Shown here piece by piece: positions 11,501 through 22,380 of a stretch of 32,182 nt of DNA (position 1 is its first letter; every line of letters starts with the position of its first letter). The stretch is from assembly GCA_900088475.1 (NCBI GenBank), contig FLMG01004519.1, positions 1 to 32,182 of the forward strand, in the 5' to 3' direction. A program made the position numbers and the translations under genes. A model generated the notes under the pieces. It was given only the letters and a program-made list of their open reading frames with translations. It was not told where the DNA came from and made no database searches. This DNA is from Hyphochytrium catenoides (Eukaryota; Protista; Hyphochytriomycota).

Positions 11501-13688
11501 GTCACTTCCTCCGTCAAACCTTTCAGGGAAGATGGCCCCTTTGTTCGGTCCTTCTTCTCAGAATCCTGGAGTACTGTCGCCTGGAACGGAGACATTGAAC
11601 CATATCGACTCTCTTTTCCTTTTGGTCCCCCAGATCCTGACAGCTTGGCTACTTTTATTCTGTCACATATCTGTTGCGCCTCCCCTAACCCAACCACAGC
11701 CCTAAATTCTCCTCCTTCCTTTGTCTCAAAGAGCTCGTACTCTCCAGGGCAAACCTGAGATAGAGAGATGGAGAGATGTTATAAGACTCGGTACAGACAG
11801 AAAGCAATTCGCACCGCAATAGAGGCGCGGACGAAGCTCAAGGGAATATGGCAGGGATGACAGTCTGCATGTAAAGAAGGCTATGGGCAGCAGAGAAGCA
11901 GCAGAGCCTTTAAGCATAGCTTCCATCGTACACATGAGTGTCGGAAGACTTGCACAAGAAGTAGGATTGGAAGACGGCCTAGGATGACGAGAGCGGCCAA
12001 TAATCTCAAGAGCTGACCTCGTCCATAAGACGCTTTAGCTCGAGAGCCCAGTTATAGGCGGCGCGCTTCACTTCGGAGCTTATCTCAATGGCGATCTGTG
12101 AACGGGCAGGCTGAGGATGTAGAAGAGCCTGGAGACACCAACCCGCTCCCTCCTGAGACTGTGACGAATTCTCTCGGTACCTGGGCAGATAACCGACAAA
12201 TGAGCGAAGGAGGAGAACGAGCTTGACAATTTGAGAGTACCAGTGAACATTTTAAGTTTGACGGTCTAGACATGGAGAGGAAATTAAGAGGACGGTACCC
12301 TGACAGAACCCCAGGTAGGCCTCCACCTACTCTAATTAGAAAGAGCGTATCTATACCTAGCAAGAAGCGGGGAGATCATGGCGTCCAGCACATCCCTCAC
12401 AGCATCCTCTGGTGGCCTCTTGGCCCCAACTGCTTGAGCTTCAATTTGGGGGACCACGTGAAGAGAGAGAAAGGAAAATGCCGTGGCACAGCTCTTTCTG
12501 ATCACCTATAAAGAGAGCGAACCCAGCGGTCAGCAGACACGAGAAGGCAAGAGTTAGTGGACTCAGGCGATGGGGCGACTTTCTGACTGGACACCATTAC
12601 TTTGTGCACAAGAGAGCAGAAAGCTAACCCGCATTTGAACAAGCAAGATGATTGCTGAAAGCAAGCTGAGTTCTCTCTACCTCCTCCTGGTCCCCAACTC
12701 TGCGATGCAAGTATTCGAGGAGACGGTCCAAACACGAAGAGAGGGAGGTGGCCTGCTTCTCTATTAAAAATGATAGGACCTCGACAAACTCTTTACGAGT
12801 GGAGACTTTAGCTGAGTCCTTTAGATGTACATTGAGGTTAGAGGATGTTCTGGATTTCCACTCGGGAATAGGAAAGAGTAGAGACTAGATGGAGGACGTG
12901 GATTGTGCCGCGTGAAAAGTCAGAGAAGAGATAGTAATGGGACCTAAAATAACCCTGAGAGGAAGAGGAAGCCTTAGGTGCACAAGAGGACTGGAAGTGG
13001 GACGTTTTGGGAATCCAGCAGGACGGAAGTGGTATGAGCAGGCACTGTTACCTTCTTCTGCAGCAGCAACTTGACGAAAGGAGCCACTTCTTGAGGCTGG
13101 AGCTGCTTGATGAGCTTTCTATATATTAAGAAAGTAAGTGTCCCATGCTCTGGACGTGAATATAGCCACAAGGGCGAGGACAACATCCACAAGAGATTAG
13201 AAAAGGATGGCAAAAAGCAGAATGCTGCTACCTGAGAGCAATTGCGGCTTGGCCAAGCGTGTCCCTGTCCTCTAAACGTTGCAAGTGAAGTTGAATTCGA
13301 AGATTCCGCTCTTCTTGGCTTTGTCTTGAGGCAGCAAGAGGGTTCTTGGCTTAATGTCAGGGCGAGGCGGAGTCAGAGTCAGGCTAGCCTTGAGAGCTTT
13401 AAGCTTTACTAACCTCGTGTGAAAAGATGTCGCCGAGGGGAGGCTGACCGAAGGGGAGACCGCACCTCGCTGGACGGAGAAAGGGGCATCACTTTCTGTG
13501 TGCTGGAGGCACTTCGCAGTCGTTTGCCTATGTTTGTCGTAGGACCGAGGGTTAAGCCTATCATTACTGTATGGGGTCCAAGGAGCCAAGGTACCAGGAG
13601 AGGCAGGGGGTGTTGAGTCATCCCCTGTAACATCTTCAAGGCTGTCAATGGAGCCGTACAGAGACCGAGGCCGGTTTCGCGGCAGCAT
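8572..13688 (-). CDS. TORTIFOLIA1/SPIRAL2-like microtubule-associated protein (N-terminal HEAT repeats, disordered linker, SPR2-type C-terminal domain); 9 exons, about 1201 aa
   Basis: Phase-consistent GT-AG exons: 13688-13414, 13324-13232, 13118-13052, 12818-12681, 12505-12357, 12180-12018, 11754-11305, 11124-10924, 10641-8572. The spliced protein contains, in order, LQRLEDRDTLGQAAIAL, QPQEVAPFV, STRKEFVEVLSFL, RRVGDQEEVIRKSCATA, ENSSQSQEGAGWCLQAL, WRQRKGALEMLRRL and KRDSSSPVR. These parallel the recalled plant SPR2-family motifs (LxKLxDRDT, RRLxDxDSxVRDAC, EQNKxxQxGAxxCL, WxxRKAAAxxL, RFDKxKPVR). The C-terminal SGKVEKAYALVL..LLGALLKETGP parallels GDxDxAYxEVL..LLxKLMDxTGP. Confidence 0.75.
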
Positions 13689-14577
13689 CCTGGCCACAAG
13701 CAGCCCAGAACCCAACGCAGGCCTACCAGGTGCGAGGGCTATCACGTCACCCCTCTCCGGTCTCTTCCTCTACTCCCTTTCACCTCTACGGGCGGTTCGC
13801 CAATTCAGCGCTACTTCTGAGCTCTCCGCGAGCCCTCAAGTTCCATAGCGGCGCTGTTCTTAGCTTAAAAATCGAGATGCGACTGACCTTCTCGATTGCC
13901 GGTGGGCGGGTGCGGCAGCAGGAGCGTGAGATCTGACGAGCTGACGCCAAGGTTGAAGCTAAATCTCAACCTTTCTTTCTGTCTGTTACTGTACCTCTGC
14001 CCTTAGAGAGGTTAACGGCCAATTGCGAAAGGACACCCCAAGACCAGAGAATGGGTGCGGGGCACATTGTTGACGAAGCCTAACAGAGAAGTAACCACAG
14101 CTTCATGCCTCATGAGCGATGGCGAAGGATGCTCTTGGAAGATTTCCCTGCGTGCCGTCCTATAACCATCCTCTTCTTTGATCTCGGCGATGGCTTGGCC
14201 TCTAGAAGAAACTCTGTGGGCTTAACTCAGAGTGTTGAGGAAGTGGTAACAACAAGACCACATCTCATAGTCTTACTGCTCCTTTAGAAGACTGCTTGGT
14301 CCTCTTCCTCCGCAGTCACGCGCATAGGCAGCTGAGTCTGAGTCTGAGTCAACGTTGACGATTTACAAGGGACAGAAAAACGTATCGTGCTCATTGGCGT
14401 ATCTCATAATCTTTCTTGGGTCCTCTAGGTGCAAGAAGTAGTCTTTCAGTTTAAGGGCCCCAGTTTACACTTTACCCGGAGGCAATTTGTCTTTATTTTA
14501 GCGGTCCAACAGGCGCTCATAGCGGAGCCCCCACCATAAATAGTATGCTAGGCTTGAGAAGACGACAAGCCACAAGG

Positions 14578-16256
14578 TCACTTCCCATCGGCCACTGTCT
14601 TCTTTGACTTCTTCAGGATGTCCTTCACAAACCTGTACAACCGTCAGTCTCTAAGATTTAGGTTATTGGGAAGCCAAGCGCCATACCTGTTTAAGATGTA
14701 GGCAGTTAATCCCCAGACGACATGATGGGCGCCCCTAAAAACTGGGGCACTGTCTTCGCTATATACCCAGTGATTAAGGTCCACTAGCGTCCTGCATAGT
14801 GACATAGAAGAGCGGGGGGATGGGGCCCATCAGGAAATGCGAGATTTTCTCTAGCATCAATTATACTCCCACCGTAAAGGAACTGTGAACCATTCGTCGA
14901 CTTCATCTTTGTTGATGCTGATCTTCAGTTCATTTAGCTCACCAAGGAAGCCGACAACTGGAGTGACTGCTATGCCGGTCAAGGACGTCAGTTCAGTCCA
15001 GTCGCACCTGGCGTCCTCAACTCGGTTAAAAAGTCTCTTTCACAGGAGGTGAGCGGGTTAGAGCGACGGCTACCTTAGGATGCCAAGAACGTCCACTGAG
15101 TCGGCCGGTATGCCAGTCTCCTCCTCCAGCTCTCGCAAGCATGTCTGGATGATAAAGCTATCTTGTTCTCGATCAACCATTCCTCCCGGAAAGCACACCT
15201 CAGACTTGTGCTTCCTGACCTGGTGACGGGGAGTGTGCGCTGAGTTGCCCATGTGAACCGATGCGGAAGATGCAGCAGAGACAAAGAAAGGAAGAAACAG
15301 CGTAGAGGATTGTAAGAGGAACGAACATACCTTTTCAGAACGCTTGGTGAAGAAGACAGCTGGCTCACCATTATAGAAGCATAATGGTAACAGGACGGAA
15401 GCTCGCTGATCCACGGCATTGGTCACTTGTCGCGGCATTCGATTTAGCCTATACTTGATTATCTGCAGATGTTCTGGAGAGAAGCAGACTGTCTCGTCTT
15501 CATTCTTCTGGTCTGCAGACTCTGCGATGCAAGAGGGTCAGCTTTAGACAACTAGAACCTGAAATCTGTAAGCGGTACATACTATTGAGCTTGTGAGCCC
15601 TCCAGGGCTTTAGAGTGGCCTCGAGCTCCTTGAACTTCCCCTCTGCCATAAGTTCGGCGCAACGCTTTAGAGTTTGGTCCCTGTAGGCCCACTCAGCGCT
15701 GATCGTTCGTTACATCTCGCTGGAGGATATTACCATCGTAGTTACCTGTGCCGCAATGCTGAAGCCAGAGCAGGTGCAGTAAAGTTCTGCACTAGGAAGT
15801 CCAAGTCGACATCGGGATCTCTCGATAGCGGTACTAGGAACACATTTAGCTCTGAAGCTCCATCACGTCTCGCATCTACGACAAGAGAAATAAGGTTCAG
15901 ACCACCGATGCTGCAGCAACCTGTACCAAGGATAACCCCATACCATTCTCCACCAAGGGCCCGGGGGGCACCGCGGGAGGAGGATTCACCCCAGAGAAGG
16001 ACCCTGGCGCTGCTGACTGTCCTTCTTTGGCTATCTTCTTTGAGTTCGCTGCCTGTCCTTCTTTGGCTATCTTCTTTGAGTTCCCCTCGTGTTTCTGCCA
16101 AGCAGGGCTGGCTGAAGCTACCGAACCACTGCTATGAAAGAAGCGGAGACTCTGGCTGGTCCGCAGCTGTTTAAGACTTCTCCAAACACGCCTGTCCCAA
16201 CATGTGAGGCTCGATATATATTTTGTCGTTGAGCGGAGGCCTTGACCACGTCTCAT
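14578..16256 (-). CDS. NUDT8: Nudix hydrolase, CoA diphosphatase family (NUDT8/NUDT7/Pcd1-like), probably mitochondrial; 8 exons, about 390 aa
   Basis: Phase-consistent exons: 16256-15944, 15875-15746, 15680-15583, 15521-15331, 15219-15074, 15007-14873, 14791-14687, 14632-14578. It has the CoA motif RASVLLPL..FTKRSEKVRKHKSEVCFPGG, the Nudix box GGMVD..TCLRELEEETGI, and VTPVVGF, DEVDEWFTVPL and VWGLTAYIL. The N-terminus is Arg/Ser-rich (MRRGQGLRST..SLRFFHSS) and there is no PTS1 at the C-terminus (..ADGK*). Confidence 0.88.
16017..16083. repeat. Tandem duplication with 36-bp period in Nudix exon 1
   Basis: CTGTCCTTCTTTGGCTATCTTCTTTGAGTTC is identical at 16017-16047 and 16053-16083, encoding NSKKIAKEGQ twice on the minus strand. 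Confidence 0.95.
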
Positions 16257-19200
16257 CCTAATTTCTCACTAAGAAAGCCTGGCGCTATCAATCCATGCAC
16301 TGTTACTAGGGGTGGAGGAGACGCGGACGTGAAGGCAGGGCCATCACCTCTGATAATATTGGACAGGGCCTTCGAAGACCTTTTGGCTTGTATGGCAATA
16401 TCATGAAGCGTGTTATCAGATCCAGAAGAACCGCATCCCCTTGAAGGTCCGCAGCAGAGACAAGAAAACTCCAATTACTCTGCCTCCTGCCCATAGAAAA
16501 TCAATGACGTAACGCCTGCCAATCCTCCCCTGTTCTGTTCTCTTTGTCTGCTGATTGATGATCGTCGTAACAACAACCGATACGAGCCGCTAACGGATTA
16601 CTTCGCAGAGATCAGTAGGCGTACTGTACTCTGTAAACAAAAGCAAGAAAGGCCTTTATGGTTGTCTGCTGCTATTTGTCAGGTGGTCCATCATGCTTCA
16701 AGCATCGAGCAGTCCAGGTATCTGATGATCTGATGAGGAGTGATGAGAGGGGACATGGGACGGCAGCTTGCAGACTTGAAGAAGATGGCACCTACTACCT
16801 AGCAGTATAAGTGCGTCATCTCTTTTCCCGGTTGTAAGCCAAGTGTGCTAGCTTGCGCAAAGAGGACTGAAGGAAGAGAGGAAGACTTGGCTTCAGCTGC
16901 TTACATCATTCTAGTTGTTAGAATAGTGAAGAGAATCTTCATGAGTGGCGATCTCTCTTCATCCTGAGGAGATTGGGGCTGCCAGAAGTTAGGATCACTT
17001 CCTCAGCCTGTGATACGACTAAAAGAGTAGGTCTGTTTGTACCAAACAAGGTACTTGGCGCTAAGGATGGCGGCGGTAAGATCGACGTAGCGCTTCTTCT
17101 TTGCAAGTTGTTATTGACAGTGTTCTATGCCGTCTAGAGCGATAGCGTTTACGTTGCAGTGGATGGCTATCGGAGGCTCTTTGACATAATAGATCAGCAA
17201 TGGATAGAGGATACACTATCAGATGATGGTATGCACCACCTACTAGTATACCGCTAAGAATTCTGTTCTTTGCTAGCGCTGTCGAGACCTCTTCCTATCT
17301 AACTTCCGAGGTTCTGGCTATAAGATGTAGAGTTACCGTCTGGCATGGAGATAGCAGCAGAGGATACAGAGGACGATCAAGGTAGTCGGTCGCATCTGTA
17401 AAACAGAAATGTATAGCTGTTGACTTCATATGCCCATTACATGCTCAACAGAGACCATTCCCGGTCATCCCAGTGCTGTGCCTACTCCCGCATGGCAAGA
17501 TCTAGCGCTGGAACAGTTTGTCCGGGAAGCAGGAATTGGAGGGCACCATTAATGTCGGTTTCTCGCTATATATTATCAGCTATGGAAAAAGGGCAGCCAC
17601 ATCGTCTGTTCGCGGTAGCTCACGGCCATAGAACCCCCAGCGCAGCAGAAGAAGAAGAACGGCCCTTGTCAAGTGCCAGAGGCTTCTCATGTCTACCAGC
17701 TGTGGGCCTTTCCAGGCTTGCAACCCTTATTTCAAGAGCACGAACGTACAAATTCTTATTTCGATGACCAGACTTCAGCTCCAAAATTTAGCGACAAACA
17801 ACAATCGCTTTGTTTCAGTCTTTGAAGACTGGCTAGTCAAGGAGGGGACGCAGACGTCTCACTTATCGTAAACTCCACACTGTACGGTTAAGTTATGGAT
17901 CAACACGAGAGCGAAGTCGTAGTCTATCTAACAACCAGCTCTAGAGCAGATTATCAAATTGATAACAACGGGTTTAACGTGGCGGTCATGGCGTATCCCT
18001 GCCATGCCCGTCATCTTCTCAAGAGGAGGCAGATGGAACTGGACTTGGGCGATCCCGGATGGGGTCAATAGTTAATAGGTCGTCGTTGGTCCTCTTGTTG
18101 GTCATCCTCTAAATCCTTATCTTATACCGCCTCTAACTTTCCAAGCGTTCGGACAAACATGCTCTACATAACATGACTCAACTTCCAACAGTCTCGTGGA
18201 AGGTAAGTAGCTGGCAAAGGAGCTGGTGAACGCAAGAACGACTCCAAGAACGAGAAGGAGGATGAAGATGATCCCTGTAGCAGATGAGTGCGCTGATGAA
18301 GCGTGTCATTTGTCATGGTGCTCTGTACAGGTAGAAGTATCAAAGAAGCAAGCGATGGAAGAGGTTCGCGGAGATGATGGACCAAACGCACAAAAGAGCA
18401 TATCATAGCCGGTACCGGCTACTAGCGTCCAGAGAAAATGTTGGAAGTCCCTTGGAAGGATCTAACGTGAGTGTCTTACTACGCCACCCATGTTATGTCT
18501 TTGGGTAAGGTATAGATCGTCAGATGAGGCGGATGGCGGGGAGTATTATTGTCAATTTTTGAACGAGCGATGGGGATGACTTGGAAATACACTACTGAAC
18601 GCGACTACTATAGGAGCTTGTTATTTCCTTTATTTGAGAATTGATGCCATTGAAATATCTCCATATGTTTAGCACTTCAAGTAATTACCTCAACTTGAAA
18701 GCAGGCACGACGAAATGGACATTCTCTGGATGCATCGCTTACATCAAACAAGCTTTCTGTTCGGTCGTTCCTTTTCTTCCTTTGAACACACCGACGGTCT
18801 CCCAAAGATATTCCTCCAACCTGACTATCGCACTGACGCTTCAGGGTCTCTTTCCTCAAACCTTAACCCCCCATCTAACAGTTATGCCGAAGATCAGGAG
18901 GAAGCCTTCGCCTCTTCGATGCTCTGTCCTCTTCTCCTCAGCAGCAGCGGCGGCAGCAGCAGCGGCGAAGGAAGGACACAGAGAAGAAAGGGAGGAGGAC
19001 GGTCACTGAAGACCTAAGATGACTGTTGGCCAGGGCGTCGGGGGAGCTCTCAGCGAACCTTCGGAATCAGAGGCAGGTCCAGGGGCTGTTTAGCAGTTTA
19101 TAAAGAGCAACAACAGTTCACCAGCTCATCAGAGCTTCAGGGAGAGTGTGCTACGCGGCAGAGGCAGGTCTTTCTTTTCCCAATGTACCACTCTTCTGCA

Positions 19201-19340
19201 CTTGCTTCTTCAGTCTCGTAGGGCCGCAGAGGTTTATCTTTCGCACACCACTAGCATCTGCCTCCCAATAGTCAGAACTGGAGGTAAATTGTAAGGGTCG
19301 CTGGGTGAGACTGCGTGGGCTTATAGACTTCTTCCTTAAG

Positions 19341-20662
19341 ATGATGCCAGCCAGCATCCTCCGCTATCGGTGAGTGCTCAAATCAGCCGACTGGCGCCTA
19401 TAAAGAACGAGACTAACGGCCGTCACTCTATCCTCTATCTTTGTTGTGGTTACAGTCACCCATACCTGGCGAATTGGGCCATCTGTATAGACACAGAGAA
19501 GGAGCTGCGATACTTTTGTGAGATGTCTACTGGCTTTTGCTCACAAGTTGACCCAATGTCTGCACTCTCACAAGACGCCGTTCCCGTGCACCTAAAAGCG
19601 TTAGCACCCTCGAGAGGAGTTTTCCTGGATGGTTGTCGAGGAAGAAGCAGGAGTCTTTCCCCATTAAGAAAGAGGTCCATGCGTCACACATATGGACGAA
19701 TAGATTGCATGCCAGACATCTCCCATTTGGTCAGGCCATCAGCAAGCCCAGAGTCTCCTGCTTCAACTTCAGCAGAGCAGGCAGTTCTTATAGTCGAAAA
19801 GGAATACGAAGAGCGACAGACTGAGCCCGAGATATGCCAAGAGGTGGCCAAGCAGGAAGCACCGTCGAGGGAGGAGCCAGTTCAAACAGAGAATCTCAAC
19901 CCTGCTTCAGACGATGACTCGACCGTCTCATGTGATGGCAGTTTTGAAGACTCTGCCGCTGTCCCAACAATGGCTCCCGGCTTAGTGCGAAATGAGCGGA
20001 GCACAAGGCCGCATGGAAGGGAAAGCCGGCCTTCTGCAGTAAGAGAGCCATCCAACAGGAAAGCTTCAAGGTCAGGGCCAAAGAAAGCTGTCCAACGGTC
20101 AGAAGCAGGATCGCGATGGGTGAAAGTTGAGAAGACGAAGCCTGTCAGTACTCAGCCTTCAGAAAGTCTTAAAGCAGGGGACCATGCCGCCTCCTCTTCT
20201 TCTATAGAGCCAGCGATAACAAAGGTTTGGCAGGTGAAGGGGAATTATCAGGACGGTGTGCTGCGGGTCGAGCGCTCGGAGGTGCCTGCAAACAAGCTCA
20301 AGACGCTGGAGACGATGAGGGCAAAGGAAGATATATCCGTACAGGGATCAGAGCATTCTAGGGCCACGAAGACAGATATCAATGCGAGGCCTAGAGACAG
20401 AGTGCAGAGAAGAAAAGCTTCGGAAGGAGAGAATAATGACGATGCCGACAGGCAGGCATCTCAAAGGAGGGCAAGGGGAGACAGGTTCCAAGGGAGAAAA
20501 CAGCACTCTGACCATCGTCGAATCCTGAGCGAAAGGAATGCCTCTGACATTAAAAGCAACAGACGGCCGCACCGACCGGGAAAGCACCAGGAGAAGCTCA
20601 GCTGGAAGCCGAAGTCGGACACTAACAGGAAGCCCATGCCTCCTGAAGCGCGAGCAGCTTAG
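19341..20662 (+). CDS. Hypothetical, mostly disordered Ser/Arg/Glu-rich protein; 5' end uncertain
   Basis: A 1.2-kb stop-free frame ends at TAG 20660-20662. A well-formed intron at 19370-19455 (GTGAGT...ACTAAC...TACAG) joins ATG 19341 in phase. The first exon's frame is open back to 19272, so further upstream exons are possible. Confidence 0.6.
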
Positions 20663-21440
20663 CCAGTAGAACGGTAGAGCAATATATATGTGGACGACAC
20701 GTTGAGGACAAGCGGCCAGAACGAGTCGAAGAAGTATCGCTCGTAGGTCCACGACCTTCCCCTCGCTGTTAGTTCTCCTTTCCGTCTCTGGCCTACTCGC
20801 AGATAGAGCAGCAGAGCTTACTGTAAGCCTAAGATAATAATAGAGGTATTTGCACTGTAATAAAGCTTAGCCATTCTGATTATTGGAGGGAATGGGTGAA
20901 AAGAAAGTTTGGCGGGAAGCAAGGACGGAAGAAGAACTGGACGACTTTGCGAGGATGAGGAAGAGGATCTTCTCAGCAGAAGATCATCAGTAGTTCTTGC
21001 TCACAGCTCAAGCAGATAGAGCTCTGCTGATCCTTTAGTCGCAGGAGTCGAATTATGCCTGCTCCCTGGCATAGGATATACTGGCCTTCCTGCAGCTTGG
21101 TGGTCTACTCTCTGAGGATCTAGCTCCAGCTGCCACCTTGCTCGCATCTTTCATTCGTCGTTAGTCGAAGTGGTCTCTGTCCTGAAGAAAAGAGGAGCTG
21201 GGATGTACGCTACCGGTTAAGTGCCTTGGAGAGATTGCAAGGCTTTATAATAAGTCTAGTTTAGAAGGAGCGGGCGAAGAGCCTAATAAGGCTTTTCCAG
21301 CCCCAGGGAAGCCGGCAACTGCGATAGCCAGAAGTGGAAAATCGAGTGAAGGCCGGTCTGGTTGGGTGCTCGAGCTCTTGCCCCGCGTCTCAGCTTAGGC
21401 TTCTGCGCCGCGGATGAGGCACTCATAGGTTGATACACCG

Positions 21441-22303
21441 ATGGAGATCATCGATGTAGACGCTGATGAGAGCGACTGGCTCCCTGAGCCGGGCAAAGAA
21501 AAAGAGGAGGCTCAGGACAGGATGACAAAGGACCTGCGGAGTGGATCCAGCAGTCATCGTGCTCCAACTCCTCAATTGAACGGCTTCACTACCCCCAGAG
21601 AAAGCCGTAAACGAGGCCGCAGAGGAGACCAAGAGAGACACACCTTTGGGGCCAGAGGAAAGAGGCCATCGCCTTCTCCGACTAGTAGTAACGGCGAGAC
21701 TCCGCCCCCAAACCTAGGGCCCCGCACAATTGACTCCTTCTTTCAGAGCAAGTCGCCAGCGCTCTCTCCGGCCGAGGAGAAGCAAAGGTAATGCTGGCAT
21801 AGCTTAGCCATCAATCAATCCTAACTCGGTCTACCGGTCTTACATGGGTGTCGAGGTCGCTTTTCTCTTCACGTTGTCCTTGTAACTCTTGATACCCTCT
21901 ATGTAGCTGCATTGCGGTGTCGCCATCCTACGCTCTTCTTCCGGGCTCCTATCTCTTCCCGGTCCCTTGACTTCTGCTGCTATTAAAAGCTCTATGCTCA
22001 GATCCTCATGCTTCTCGCTTTTATATTCCCCTTTCCTTTCTCCCTTCTGATTCTATAGGTTGGTAGAGAAGCTGCCGAAATGGGGAGCTCTGGTCCAATC
22101 GCCCTGCGCCACTCGGTCCTTTGAAAAGTCGCTGGAACCAGTGCGATATAGGCGCGCCTTCCATCTGAACTACAGGTCATCGCTAGGAGGATTCAATCGT
22201 CGACCTCCAGGTGATAAAGCACTGCGACTGTTGTCTCTTGCTGATTTTGAAGGAACCTGTGTTCACTCTATTCTCCGCTTCTCTCCATTTCTATCTCTCT
22301 CTT

Positions 22304-22380
<77 letters not shown>

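Noticed and set aside
12357-12505. Apparent frameshift in exon 5 of the SPR2-like gene
   Set aside because: A recount of the T run shows VIRKSCATAFSFLSLHVVPQ is in frame, so the gene is not a pseudogene here.
16300-19270. Short ORFs (17420-17767, 18226-18408, 18641-19017) as genes or transposon remnants
   Set aside because: No recognisable domain, terminal repeats or consistent splice model. Part may be upstream exons of the 19341 gene.
22251-22260. Possible non-canonical GA donor (GAAG|GAACCT) in FAN1
   Set aside because: Canonical GT donors in the same phase exist nearby (ACCT|GTGTTC and CCAG|GTGATA).
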